Positions 18,727-27,891 of a stretch of 64,000 nucleotides of DNA are shown one piece after another. Positions within the stretch are counted from its first letter, which is position 1; the number at the start of each line of letters is the position of its first letter. The translations under genes were made by a program, and so were the position numbers. Origin of the DNA: Candidatus Parcubacteria bacterium (lineage in GTDB: Bacteria; Patescibacteriota; Minisyncoccia; Sungbacterales; SURF-37); contig QZJO01000011.1 in the NCBI GenBank assembly GCA_003599755.1, positions 2,424 through 66,423 of the forward strand. The letters run 5' to 3'. Below the pieces are notes generated by a model. That model was not told the DNA's origin. It did no database searches and saw only the letters and a program-made list of their open reading frames with translations.

Positions 18727-19644
18727 CTATTGGCCTCCGTAGGCCTTCTCGAGCGCTGCAACATCGAACTTCTTCATGGGGAGGAACGCTTGGGTCACGC
18801 GGTTGATCTGCTCGGGCGTCCCCCGTTCCATCATCTCCCCCATCCGGTCCGGCACGATCTGCCACGAGACGCCGTATTTGTCTTTCAGCCAGCCGCATTG
18901 CTCGGCCTCCGGAACCGCCGAGAGTTTTTCCCAGTAATAGTCGATCTCCGCCTGATCTTCGCAGTGGACGATCATCGAGATGGCTTCGTTGAACGAGAAA
19001 TCATGCTGGCGCGCGCTGGCATCCATCGCAGCAAACCACTGTCCGAGAAGCTTGAAGTCAGAAAACATAATTGCACCCTCCTTGTTCGGTTCCATGCCGG
19101 CAGGATATCGCGCGATCGCGCCGCGTTTTGCATCCTTAAATACCGAGAGATAAAAGTCGGTCGCTTCTTCGGCAATTTCACCGGTGTCGCTTACAAACAT
19201 CAGAGTAGGGATGATGAGCGGCCGCTCTTCCCCTTCCGGATTCGTAAAGATCAGTTGCCACGAGAGGCCATAGCGATCCTCCACCCAGCCGTAGCGTTCG
19301 CTAAAAGGATATTTGTCCAGTGGCATCAGAATTTTTCCGCCTTCGGTGAGTTTATTCCATACTTGGTCTATTCGTGCTCTCGCGTCGGTATCCTGGGACG
19401 GATCGAAGTTGACCATGAACGAGATCGACGGGTTGAATTTGAACAAGGGCCCCGCGCTAATTGCCTGAAACGAATAGCCCCAAAGATCGAACGAGACGAC
19501 ATCAACGTCTCCCGACGGCGTGTCGTGGAGCGCGGTGACGTTCGTGATACTCGACTGGGGAAAGAGCGACGTATAGAATTCGGCCGCCTCTTTTGCCTCC
19601 TTGTCGAACCAAAGATGCGGAACGATTTTTTGCTTGCGCAACAT
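18727..19644 (-). CDS. VOC/glyoxalase-superfamily protein of the PhnB / 3-demethylubiquinone-9 3-methyltransferase-like type (tandem domains)
   Basis: N-terminus [18 protein letters not shown] is the typical PhnB-like start. Second repeat ...[23 protein letters not shown]... Confidence 0.65.
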   Translation of the reverse strand: MLRKQKIVPHLWFDKEAKEAAEFYTSLFPQSSITNVTALHDTPSGDVDVVSFDLWGYSFQAISAGPLFKFNPSISFMVNFDPSQDTDARARIDQVWNKLTEGGKILMPLDKYPFSERYGWVEDRYGLSWQLIFTNPEGEERPLIIPTLMFVSDTGEIAEEATDFYLSVFKDAKRGAIARYPAGMEPNKEGAIMFSDFKLLGQWFAAMDASARQHDFSFNEAISMIVHCEDQAEIDYYWEKLSAVPEAEQCGWLKDKYGVSWQIVPDRMGEMMERGTPEQINRVTQAFLPMKKFDVAALEKAYGGQ

Positions 19645-19699
19645 AGGTATGGATGACGTTTCTGACTTAATTTCCTTGCGCGAATGACGTCGCCGAGTT

Positions 19700-20908
19700 T
19701 TACCGGCGGGAAAGCACGAAGAGCACGAGCCACGACGCCCACGCCAAGATGCCTGCGGCGATGAATGGGGTCTGGATGCCGAGGGCCCCCGAACCCACGC
19801 CGGCGATGAACGGGATCAGGCCTTGCGAGAATGCGAGCAGCGACGCATTGATGCCGAGGGCCGCGCCTTGTTCGTCGGGCGAAACGCTTTTCGAAACGAG
19901 CGCCCCGAGATTGGCCATGGTCAGCCCCTGCGGGATGGCTACGAGCGGGATTATGGCATACAGATACGCCGTATTGGGAAGAAATGGATACAGGATGAAG
20001 AAAAATCCGATGATCGGCATGGTGAAGTAGAGGATCGAGCGCTCGCTGTATTTCCGCACGAGTATGCGAAGGATAAACAGCTGCGTCACCGTGACCCAGG
20101 CGCCTACGATACCGAAAAACGTTCCGATCCCCGCCTCCGAAAAACCGAACCGGTTGATCAAGAGGATGCCGATGAACGATGTAAAAAATGCGAAGCCCGC
20201 AAAATACAGGAAGTTCGTGATATATACCGGCCGGGCATCGCGGTCGCGCCATGCAGCGCGCAAGTTGTGAATGCCTTTCAACATATGGAACGAGCGCGCC
20301 GCGCTGCGTTCTTTGCGGGTTTCGGGCAAAAAGAGCGTAATGGACATCGTATTTACGATTCCGAGTAGCCCGGCGAACCAGAAGGGTGCGGCAGCGCTTC
20401 CGGTAAATTCCGCGATCAAGCCGCCGAGGATCGGCCCGAGAATGAATCCGATGCCGAATGCGCCGCCGATCAGCCCGAAGTTTTTGGCGCGGTCTTTGGG
20501 TTCGGTGATGTCGGCAATGGTCGCTTGGGCAACGGCAAGGTTGGCGCCGGCGATGCCCGATAACGCTCGGGCAAGGATCAAAAGCCAGAGCATCTTTGCC
20601 ATGATCCCGAAGCCGAAGAGGAATTGCGCGATCGCTAGCACCCCGACGCCCGCAGTCAGAATGCGTTTTCGTCCGTATACGTCCGAGAGCTCCCCCACGA
20701 TGGGTGCCGCAAAAAATTGGAACAAGCCGAAGAGTGCGGTAATGATGCCCGCGATCAGATATTGCGAGCTTTGCGAATAACCCTGTAACAGGAACGACGG
20801 CGAGGAGGGATCGGTGAAGATGACCGGGATAATAGGAAAGAGCATCCCGAGCCCGACCATATCTAAAAGTAGCGTCGCGAAGAGAATGGGGAGAATTTTG
20901 CGGGACAT
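19700..20908 (-). CDS. MFS transporter (DHA1/TetA-like, 12 TM)
   Basis: MFS motif A-like [11 protein letters not shown] and 12 predicted TM helices. Confidence 0.8.
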   Translation of the reverse strand: MSRKILPILFATLLLDMVGLGMLFPIIPVIFTDPSSPSFLLQGYSQSSQYLIAGIITALFGLFQFFAAPIVGELSDVYGRKRILTAGVGVLAIAQFLFGFGIMAKMLWLLILARALSGIAGANLAVAQATIADITEPKDRAKNFGLIGGAFGIGFILGPILGGLIAEFTGSAAAPFWFAGLLGIVNTMSITLFLPETRKERSAARSFHMLKGIHNLRAAWRDRDARPVYITNFLYFAGFAFFTSFIGILLINRFGFSEAGIGTFFGIVGAWVTVTQLFILRILVRKYSERSILYFTMPIIGFFFILYPFLPNTAYLYAIIPLVAIPQGLTMANLGALVSKSVSPDEQGAALGINASLLAFSQGLIPFIAGVGSGALGIQTPFIAAGILAWASWLVLFVLSRR

Positions 20909-21052
20909 GGAAGAATTAATCGATGAGGAAAATCGAGCTGCACCTCAGGGATGCCGATGGACTTGCCGCATTCCACCGCATCCTTCCCAGTAGATTTATC
21001 TCAGAAATGGGGCAGAACAAAACCGCCCCAGCATAGCCAAGTTGGCGGCGCT

Positions 21053-21244
21053 TCAGTTCGAGTTTTTGCGGTGCATGATATACGCCGCGGCAAGTCCGAT
21101 AATAGCGGCGGTTGTGGTCGTAGCGTCCCACTGCCACCCGCTGCCGTGGAAATAGACGCTCCACAAATATGCGACTACGACGTTGGCGGCAAACGCCACC
21201 ACGAAAACCACCGCGAATATCTTCCAAAACGATGGGGTATTCAT
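21053..21244 (-). CDS. Small two-TM membrane protein (63 aa)
   Basis: MNTPSFWKIFAVVFVVAFAANVVVAYLWSVYF... short hydrophobic ORF upstream of creD. Confidence 0.35.
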   Translation of the reverse strand: MNTPSFWKIFAVVFVVAFAANVVVAYLWSVYFHGSGWQWDATTTTAAIIGLAAAYIMHRKNSN

Positions 21245-21322
21245 GGTTCCAGTATACCGCTAGCGCCGGCAATATGTCGCGCCCAGGGACGAGCTCGAAC
21301 GTTTGGAAAAGGCGGGACGACG

Positions 21323-22576
21323 CTACGCCGGCTTTTTGCCGAGCGCGTACCAATCGATGTCGCGCGTCAGGTACATGATTCCGCCCAGAAGCATGAACAA
21401 AAGCAGCGAACCGAACAAGAGGGCGTAATCCTCGAGCTGGAGGACGAAATACAAATATCCGTAGAGCGCGACCAGCATGACGGCAATGGGAACTGCCCGG
21501 CGCTTGCTCCGCAACACGAATGCGCTGTAGAGCGATACCAAGAGCGTGATCATCGCGGTTGCCGTGATATATGCGGCGATGAATCCGATCTGCTCGGCCA
21601 GAGACAGAAGCAAGATATAAAAGAGGGCAAGGGCCGAGCCGATCAGGAGATACTGAATCGGGTGCACGCGGACTCTTGCCAGCACGTCGAACAAAAAGAA
21701 CACGGCAAACGTGATGATAATGAAGAGCACCGCGTATTTCACGCTGCGAAAGATCATGTCGTAGGCGTCCACGCCGGGGTATAGATCAACGCCGAACGTG
21801 GATGCCGACAATTGCGCCGCCGATACCTCATCCCCCCGCCATGTTTGGGGGAATGACCGTCCGAATGAAGAGAGCCGCCATTCTGCCTGGAATCCGGACG
21901 CGTTCACGTCCCGCTGGGACGGAAGAAATGTTCCGGTGAATTTCGGCGATTGCCACGGCGAAGACATGACGACGATCGTTTCTTTGCCTACGGGCGTGAA
22001 CGAAATTCCTTCGCTGCCTTTGATTTGGAATGCAAGCGAAAACGGAATAGTCCCGGCGTTCGCATCCACGGGAACCGCCGCGTGGAGGCCTGAACCTTCT
22101 TGGAATCCCGCTCCGGGCCCCGGCTCGAAGGCATAGTTCGCGCCCGCCCAGGTCAGGGTGAGCTCTTCCTCTATTCCCCGGGTATCGGTGATGGGAAGAG
22201 AGAACACGGCCGTGCCGGATCGCCCGCGCGCGAGTTCGGCTGCCGAAAATTCGCCCGAAATTTTGACGGCGCTCGAATATACGACCACGTCAAAGATTCC
22301 CCGCGAGCGCGTCTCGGGGAGCATGGTGGCTTCGATCCGCGTGTTTTCCGGGAGAATATACGTCCGCGTCGGCGTTTCTTCCTCTGTTTCGGCCACGACC
22401 ATCGGGCCGGTTATTACCTGCCGTTGGCCCCACTGGGACGCGATTTCCCGCCTTGCGTCCGACAGCCGATCCCGCCGCTCCTCCACGAGCGCCAACGCCA
22501 ACAGGCTCGCGACAAAACAGGCGCCTGCAATCACGGCGATAGCGAGAAGTTTGAGAGAAATGCCGTCCTGGTTCAT
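21323..22576 (-). CDS. creD: Cell envelope integrity inner-membrane protein CreD
   Basis: CreD architecture: N-terminal TM, large periplasmic domain (...VYSSAVKISGEF...), then a C-terminal cluster of TM helices. 417 aa. Confidence 0.7.
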   Translation of the reverse strand: MNQDGISLKLLAIAVIAGACFVASLLALALVEERRDRLSDARREIASQWGQRQVITGPMVVAETEEETPTRTYILPENTRIEATMLPETRSRGIFDVVVYSSAVKISGEFSAAELARGRSGTAVFSLPITDTRGIEEELTLTWAGANYAFEPGPGAGFQEGSGLHAAVPVDANAGTIPFSLAFQIKGSEGISFTPVGKETIVVMSSPWQSPKFTGTFLPSQRDVNASGFQAEWRLSSFGRSFPQTWRGDEVSAAQLSASTFGVDLYPGVDAYDMIFRSVKYAVLFIIITFAVFFLFDVLARVRVHPIQYLLIGSALALFYILLLSLAEQIGFIAAYITATAMITLLVSLYSAFVLRSKRRAVPIAVMLVALYGYLYFVLQLEDYALLFGSLLLFMLLGGIMYLTRDIDWYALGKKPA

Positions 22577-22739
22577 TGCGGGAGTGCCAATACTGGGTAT
22601 ACCGGCTGGTGCGGTGAGATGGTTTTCATCTGGGTGAAATTCGAATATCCCTATAGGGCCGGGCCCTCGGGCTGTAGGCGAATATCGAAATTCGAAACAA
22701 ACTCAAAATTCGAATGGCCAAATACTGAAACCCGGTCGC

Positions 22740-23498
22740 TTAGGCCGTTGGTCTTGAGTTAGCGGCACTCGCTTGCCGAAAGAGCAGCGCGGAACCGACA
22801 AACGCCATCACCCAGAAAGTATTGAGCGTGAAGACGCGTACGACCCCGGGGGCGAAGTCCGGCGTCCCGATGATGAGCGCGATGACGGGGATCGCGAATT
22901 GGACCAATGCCGCGGCAAAGAGTACGTAGGACATGCCGCGCGGCTTGAGGCGCGCAATGATGGCGCCGATGAAGAGCGTGAAGATCACGCCGGCGTAGAG
23001 CACATTGACGTCGCTACCGCCGATAATGCCCACAGCACCGTTGACCCAGGCCAGAAGAAGCATTGCCGCAACGGCCATGCCAACGGCAAACCGATATGCG
23101 GCATTGCCCGATGTTCTGGCAATAAGTTCATAGAGAAGCGCGGAACCGAAGAGCACGACGACGGCAAACACGAAATCGCCTCGCGTCCAAGGCCATTGCG
23201 CCAGCAGCGGTATCATGAGAATCGCCACAACGAGGACGGCCCATATGCTCAATCGTTTTATGGTAGTTTGCATACTGATGCGCGTTAAATGTTCCCTGAT
23301 AATCCCTGCGAATGTTTCGACAAATATCCAGAGGGCGAAACCGAGCAATTCCCTGCTTGCCCCTTGGCGCTCGCGGAGCATATCGCCGAAGGTCTGCTCC
23401 ATCCCCTCGCCGAAGCACTCGCGGTACGGCTTCGGATAGAGGCGAACGAGGGTTGCGTACCAAGTACGGTATCGCCGTATCGAGCGGTCATGCTGCAT
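22740..23498 (-). CDS. Polytopic membrane protein encoded immediately downstream of and overlapping a PadR regulator gene
   Basis: Soluble N-terminal about 60 aa followed by about 6 TM helices. The 11-nt overlap with the PadR gene suggests a regulator plus membrane partner pair. Confidence 0.55.
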   Translation of the reverse strand: MQHDRSIRRYRTWYATLVRLYPKPYRECFGEGMEQTFGDMLRERQGASRELLGFALWIFVETFAGIIREHLTRISMQTTIKRLSIWAVLVVAILMIPLLAQWPWTRGDFVFAVVVLFGSALLYELIARTSGNAAYRFAVGMAVAAMLLLAWVNGAVGIIGGSDVNVLYAGVIFTLFIGAIIARLKPRGMSYVLFAAALVQFAIPVIALIIGTPDFAPGVVRVFTLNTFWVMAFVGSALLFRQASAANSRPTA

Positions 23499-23844
23499 AC
23501 CCGAACGTATTCGATGAAAGCCGTTTGGCGACCGCTACGACCTCGCGGTATCGTTCCAATTCGGCCGCAAGCGCTTTTTGGCCGAGGCCGGTGATTTTGT
23601 AGTAAATCCGCCGCTCATCATCTATTGCCGGGTCAATCTTTTTGTCGCTTTCTCGTATCAGTCCGGCTTCGATCATGCGGCTGAGAGAGCCGTAGAGCGT
23701 GCCCGGCCCCATGGCCACCTTCCCCTGTGAATCGGCCTCGACCTGCTTCATAATTCCGTAGCCGTGCCGCTCTATGGCCGAGAGCGCTAGGAGGATATGC
23801 AGCACGGCCGGCGTGAGAGGTGTATTGGCGATGGTTTTAGGCAT
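23488..23844 (-). CDS. PadR family transcriptional regulator
   Basis: Winged-helix PadR signature LHILLALSAIERHGYGIMKQVEADSQGKVAMGPGTLYGSLSRMIEAGLI. Start trimmed to MPKTIANT (ATG 23842-23844). Confidence 0.8.
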   Translation of the reverse strand: MPKTIANTPLTPAVLHILLALSAIERHGYGIMKQVEADSQGKVAMGPGTLYGSLSRMIEAGLIRESDKKIDPAIDDERRIYYKITGLGQKALAAELERYREVVAVAKRLSSNTFGYAA

Positions 23845-23977
23845 ATTTCGCACTATATCTGTTGCGGATATAGTTGGTACTCCCCCGCTCTTCGTGCGGT
23901 TTCGCATTGAGCGAAACCAAAAACGCCCCTACGTGGCGTTGAAAAATCATTCGTTTTGAGGCATAATCGAACCGCAT

Positions 23978-24048
23978 TGGGGAGTCGTCTAATGGTAGGA
24001 CATCGCCCTTTGGAGGCGAGTATCGGGGTTCGAATCCCTGCTCCCCAG
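23978..24048 (+). tRNA. tRNA-Gln (anticodon UUG); CCA not encoded
   Basis: Hand-folded cloverleaf: acceptor UGGGGAG/CUCCCCA with U1:A72 and G73 discriminator (as in bacterial tRNA-Gln), D stem GUCU/GGAC, anticodon stem UCGCC/GGCGA with loop CUUUGGA, T arm CGGGG-UUCGAAU-CCCUG. Confidence 0.7.
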
Positions 24049-24428
24049 CAACACATCGGTGCAGTGAGTGTTGACTCCCCACGCCGCAACATGGCACTAT
24101 CGTTGGGTCACGTTGCAATTCGATCTGAAAGAATTTGCGGGCGTTTGTCGGGCGTCCGCCGCATACCAATAGCGCATGTATTCGCATATGATTGACGCAA
24201 TCATTCGCGCAGAGGGTGACGACCAGACCGAACAGGGCGAGGAAACCAAGGAAGGGGGCGAATCGTCCGAAGAGAGCAAATAGGCCAATCCCCGCGCCGG
24301 AATCCGGCGCGGGGATTGCGTTTGGCCGTCACTCTTGGCGGAAATCCGAAATCCTAAAAGCGTTTTGAATTTTTGATCATTCGATACTGTTTCGAGTTTC
24401 GATATTCGTGCTTCGGATTTTATACATG

Positions 24429-25142
24429 CTAAATCACGTCCTTGCGTTCCACCACGACTTCCCAATTTTTCTTGCGCGCGTATTTGTATAACTTCATCGA
24501 AGGGTTGAATGCGATGGGCCGGTCCACCAGTTCAAGAAACGCGATGTCGGATTCCGTGTCCCCCACGCCGACCGAGCCGTCCAGCGTCAGGCCTTCCTTC
24601 TGAATAGCGCGGCGCAGCACAATGGCCTTGTCGCGGATCACGTCCTCATACAGCACTTTGCCGGTGAAGCGGACTTTTTCGTCCACTTCATAGACCATGG
24701 CATAAACCTTGTCGAAACCAAGTGAGCGCGCGAACGGTGCGACGGCCTCATAGGGCGAATGTGAAATGGCCAGGAGATAGTGCGTTTTGTTGAGTTGCTT
24801 TACCAGATCGCGCGTGTAGCGGTACAGGCGCACGCGATGGAAGGCGACCACCTTCTCGGCCACGGCCCAGATGTCGGCGCGGCGCACGCCTTGGATGTGC
24901 TTGAGATACGCTTCGATGACGCTCTCGATGAATTCGTAATAGGAAAAGCCGGTCTTGGCCGAACCCTCGCGCGCCTGCCATTTGCGCCAGGCATCGGAAT
25001 ATTCATTGCGCGCGGCTTTGGGAAAAATGCCGGCCGCGATCAGGGCCTCGACCATTTCAACCAAAAGAGATGAGCGGAAGATGGTACCGTCGATGTCGAA
25101 GACGGCGACTTTCCTAAGCAGTTTTGTTCTCTTGGTCGGCAT
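24429..25142 (-). CDS. HAD-superfamily hydrolase (HAD-IB / phosphoserine-phosphatase-like)
   Basis: Motif I VAVFDIDGTIF; C-terminal GDTESD motif IV. Confidence 0.7.
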   Translation of the reverse strand: MPTKRTKLLRKVAVFDIDGTIFRSSLLVEMVEALIAAGIFPKAARNEYSDAWRKWQAREGSAKTGFSYYEFIESVIEAYLKHIQGVRRADIWAVAEKVVAFHRVRLYRYTRDLVKQLNKTHYLLAISHSPYEAVAPFARSLGFDKVYAMVYEVDEKVRFTGKVLYEDVIRDKAIVLRRAIQKEGLTLDGSVGVGDTESDIAFLELVDRPIAFNPSMKLYKYARKKNWEVVVERKDVI

Positions 25143-26232
25143 TGATGATTTCCACTAATGCTAATTCAAGCGGTAACTGCGGAATAGGGCTTCGCTTCGC
25201 CAACTCTGCGGCATCGATGAGTGCGGCAATGGCGCGCGCCAGATCATTCGCGGAATATGCCGCAAGATGGGCGGCCAGCGCCTCGCGGCCTTCGGGCAGC
25301 ATGCTTGCCTCGGGCGCGCCGTCGGGATTGGTGGTGGTCTTTGCCAGAAGCGCGTCGCGGAAAAAGCCGATTAAAAGCTTGGCAAGATAATCCATTTCAT
25401 AGCCGCGGTAGTAGAGCGAATTCAAAAGCTCAATTGCCTCTTTGAGGTGCCGGCGGCCGATATGCTCGGAAAGCGTCAGCAGCGCCTCGCGCTTCGGGAT
25501 ACCGAGGATTTCCTCGACATCGCCCAGCGCGATGGGGTTCGTGCCGGTGGCGAGGATTTTGCCGAGCATGCTTTCGGCGTCGCGCATCGCACCTTCGGCC
25601 ACGAACGCGATCGCGGCCGCGGCGTCCGGTTCGAGCTTCGCGCCTTCGGCTTTGGCGATTGCCAAGATGCGGTCGCGGATCACGGTTTCGCGGGGCCGGC
25701 GGAAATCGAAATGCTGGGTGCGAGAAACAATCGTCGGCAATACTTTGTCGAGTTCCGTGGTCGCGAGGATGAACATCGCGTGGGGTGGCGGCTCTTCAAG
25801 GGTTTTCAAGAGTGCGTTGAATGCATCTTTGGTGAGCTGGTGGACTTCGTCGATGATATAGACCTTCATGCGGCCTTCGGCCGGCGCAAAGCGCACGGCA
25901 TCGCGCAGTTCGCGGATCTCATCGATGCCGCGGTTTGAAGCGGCATCGATCTCGATGAGATTCAGCGCCCGGCCGGCATTGAAGGCCTCGCAGGACGGGC
26001 AGGCGTTGCAGGGCGCTTCTTTCTTGGATCCGGTGACCGTGCAATTCGCGGCTTTGGCGACGATGCGAGCGACCGTGGTCTTGCCCACGCCGCGCGGACC
26101 AGAAAACAGATACGCGTGCGCGACGCGGCCGGATTGGATCTGGCGTTTCAGTACCGAGACGATATGATCCTGCCCCATGACTTCGGCGAAGTCCTTGGGA
26201 CGGTATTTTCGGTACAGTACTTGGTACTCCAT
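25114..26232 (-). CDS. dnaX: DNA polymerase III subunit gamma/tau, short form (372 aa)
   Basis: YRPKDFAEVMGQDHIV, Walker A GPRGVGKTT, zinc module CxxCxxC (CNACPSCEAF), DEVH box (IIDEVHQL) and sensor regions. Confidence 0.9.
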   Translation of the reverse strand: MEYQVLYRKYRPKDFAEVMGQDHIVSVLKRQIQSGRVAHAYLFSGPRGVGKTTVARIVAKAANCTVTGSKKEAPCNACPSCEAFNAGRALNLIEIDAASNRGIDEIRELRDAVRFAPAEGRMKVYIIDEVHQLTKDAFNALLKTLEEPPPHAMFILATTELDKVLPTIVSRTQHFDFRRPRETVIRDRILAIAKAEGAKLEPDAAAAIAFVAEGAMRDAESMLGKILATGTNPIALGDVEEILGIPKREALLTLSEHIGRRHLKEAIELLNSLYYRGYEMDYLAKLLIGFFRDALLAKTTTNPDGAPEASMLPEGREALAAHLAAYSANDLARAIAALIDAAELAKRSPIPQLPLELALVEIINADQENKTA

Positions 26233-26290
26233 AAGAATTTATAATGCGGAATTTAGAGCGCAGAAATATTGCAGCGGGTCGGCAGGTCGT

Positions 26291-26716
26291 CTAATTCTGA
26301 ATTCTTGCTTCTGAATTTTTAACTATGATATAGCGCGTCTCGATCGTCTGCTTGCCGTAGCGGTTTTTTGCCACGAAATCGAGTCGGTTGACGCCGTTAA
26401 ACAGCTGGAGGCGTTCGGAAAATTCACCGGTCGGCGCTATGTACAGCGGCCTGCCGTTGATTGAGACGTCGGCGTCCGGATCCGTGCGGCCGCGCACGTC
26501 ATATACGGTCTCGGCGATGGCGATGTCGCGCTCCGGCGCGATAAGCGTCAAATCGGGCGCAGTGAGAAATCGCGACTCATAGACGAAAAATCCGACAATG
26601 CCGGCCGCGAGTATGACTGCCAGAGCGCGTTTGACGTTTTTACGCGAGACGTATCCTTCGGAAATCGGACGCCGGATCACCTGCATATTGTAGCGCACCG
26701 GCCGGGTATTCCGCAT
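26291..26716 (-). CDS. N-terminally anchored hypothetical protein (141 aa)
   Basis: Single TM (ALAVILAAGIVGFFVY) then a soluble beta-rich domain. Confidence 0.4.
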   Translation of the reverse strand: MRNTRPVRYNMQVIRRPISEGYVSRKNVKRALAVILAAGIVGFFVYESRFLTAPDLTLIAPERDIAIAETVYDVRGRTDPDADVSINGRPLYIAPTGEFSERLQLFNGVNRLDFVAKNRYGKQTIETRYIIVKNSEARIQN

Positions 26717-26771
26717 CTTTACCCAGCCATATTTTGGGGTACGCCATTACGAGGGCTGGGTTTACAGAGTT

Positions 26772-26804
26772 AAAAAACTGCGCTCCGGCCGTGCGGGGCC
26801 GGAG
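26772..26804 (-). terminator. Intrinsic terminator (perfect 8-bp GC stem CTCCGGCC/GGCCGGAG, then a T-run on the minus strand)
   Basis: On the minus strand the hairpin is followed by CGCAGTTTTTT. Lies 25 nt downstream of the small ORF stop. Confidence 0.55.
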
Positions 26805-26828
26805 CGGAAACAAGCGGGGTTCACAGGG

Positions 26829-26960
26829 CTAGCTGCAGCCGTACCTGGCGCAGAAGTCGGACGCGCCGGCGATGCCCAGGATAGCGAGCGCCGCGGCGAG
26901 GGCGAGGTACTCTCGCCAGTGATCTGCGACGTGATCGAGGAAACGGTAGAATCGGTCCAC
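26829..26960 (-). CDS. Small ORF (43 codons, GTG start): (M)DRFYRFLDHVADHWREYLALAAALAILGIAGASDFCARYGCS; candidate small hydrophobic peptide, toxin or bacteriocin-like
   Basis: Not in the ORF track because of the GTG start. GGAGGG RBS 4 nt upstream. Near-consensus sigma-70 promoter upstream. Intrinsic terminator downstream. One predicted TM helix and a C-terminal CxxxGC. Confidence 0.4.
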   Translation of the reverse strand: MDRFYRFLDHVADHWREYLALAAALAILGIAGASDFCARYGCS

Positions 26961-27004
26961 GAAACCCTCCAAGCACGGAAATGAGCTCCACGCTTCTAAA
27001 TATT

Positions 27005-27033
27005 ATTATATACTATATTTATAAATAAATCAA
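27005..27033 (-). promoter_or_regulatory. Near-consensus sigma-70 promoter (TTGATT - 17 nt - TATAAT) in an AT-rich island, driving the small ORF
   Basis: Minus-strand reading TTGATTtatttataaatatagtaTATAATaat. -35 at 27028-27033, -10 at 27005-27010. Local GC is far below the window average. Confidence 0.55.
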
Positions 27034-27050
27034 GAGGCAGGCAGTTTAGC

Positions 27051-27085
27051 AAAAAGATAACCGCCCCGGTGCTGCCGAGGCGGTT
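27051..27085 (-). terminator. Intrinsic terminator for the two-gene small-membrane-protein unit (stem AACCGCC/GGCGGTT, T-run ATCTTTTT on the minus strand)
   Basis: Hairpin 16 nt downstream of the stop of the 27101-27349 gene, followed on the minus strand by TCTTTTTGC. Confidence 0.5.
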
Positions 27086-27100
27086 AGGTTGCTTGTTGGC

Positions 27101-27349
27101 CTAGGCCATTTTCTTCTTGTCTTCTTCCTCCATCTTCTTGAGTGCTTCTTCTTCCCATTTCGGCATGGGACTGGTGAGGTCGGCGAATACCACGATAGGT
27201 AGAAGCGAGCAGAGGAAGAGAGCGAGGAGGAGGCCGCCGCCCGAACGTGCGCCGGGAAAGAGTACGATGAGCAGAATGCCGATGGCTGAAGCTACGGCAT
27301 TCCCCGCGTACCATAGGCATCTGTCTTTTGTCATCTTACGGATGCGCAT
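27101..27349 (-). CDS. Small membrane protein (82 aa) with acidic/lysine-rich C-terminal tail
   Basis: Two hydrophobic helices, then KWEEEALKKMEEEDKKKMA. Confidence 0.4.
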   Translation of the reverse strand: MRIRKMTKDRCLWYAGNAVASAIGILLIVLFPGARSGGGLLLALFLCSLLPIVVFADLTSPMPKWEEEALKKMEEEDKKKMA

Positions 27350-27352
27350 GAC

Positions 27353-27778
27353 TCACCTCCAAGGAAGTTGTAGGACGGAAGCCATACCGACCACCACCCA
27401 GATTGCGAAGAATACGTAGCCGAGATATTTAATGATCTGGTGAGTGGTTGTGCCTTGCCGCGCGTTGATGTACTCGCGACCTCCGAAAATGAAGACTGAT
27501 TGGCTGCTTGCCTGTTCGAGCGCCACAAGCCGGAAGTCCCAGTAGTCCAGCCAGTGGATGCTTCGTCGATTTGTCAGCACCCAGAGTACTGCGAAGTATG
27601 CGCCAAGGGCGCATGCTATCGCCTGCGCACCCGATCCAAACTTCAGATAGGTTACGACAAAGGACAATCCTGCCGAATGGATGAGGAAGAAGAGCTGAGT
27701 CCTGGTCCATCGAAGCGTTGTCTCATTCGTACGGAGCGCGATGAGGCCGGCATACATCGTCCGCTGGTCATCGGTCAT
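27353..27778 (-). CDS. Membrane protein (141 aa, 3-4 TM), unknown function
   Basis: Hydrophobic helices (LFFLIHSAGLSFVVTYL; AIACALGAYFAVLWVL; YLGYVFFAIWVVVGMASVL). Stop-start coupled to the next gene (4-nt gap). Confidence 0.45.
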   Translation of the reverse strand: MTDDQRTMYAGLIALRTNETTLRWTRTQLFFLIHSAGLSFVVTYLKFGSGAQAIACALGAYFAVLWVLTNRRSIHWLDYWDFRLVALEQASSQSVFIFGGREYINARQGTTTHQIIKYLGYVFFAIWVVVGMASVLQLPWR

Positions 27779-27891
27779 CGTCGTCCTCCTGGACGGTGTC
27801 GAAGTGCTCGCGCAAGTATACTACGAAATACAAAATTGTCCAGATATACTATCTGTCTGTAAGCCAATCGGAGAATAAATACTTCGAGATT

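Noticed and set aside
18205-19656. 483-aa plus-strand ORF antisense to the PhnB-like gene, and a 294-aa minus ORF (19368-20252)
   Set aside because: Arg/Pro-rich composition and no motifs. They overlap well-supported PhnB-like and MFS genes.
23978-24048. Alternative reading of the tRNA on the minus strand, or starting at G23979
   Set aside because: The reverse complement places the T-arm at the 5' end, which is not a tRNA. Starting at G23979 gives no D-stem. The U1:A72/G73 fold gives a canonical cloverleaf.
24097-24465. 122-aa minus ORF in the spacer after tRNA-Gln
   Set aside because: Overlaps the tRNA on the opposite strand. Low-complexity composition. More likely non-coding repeat-containing DNA.
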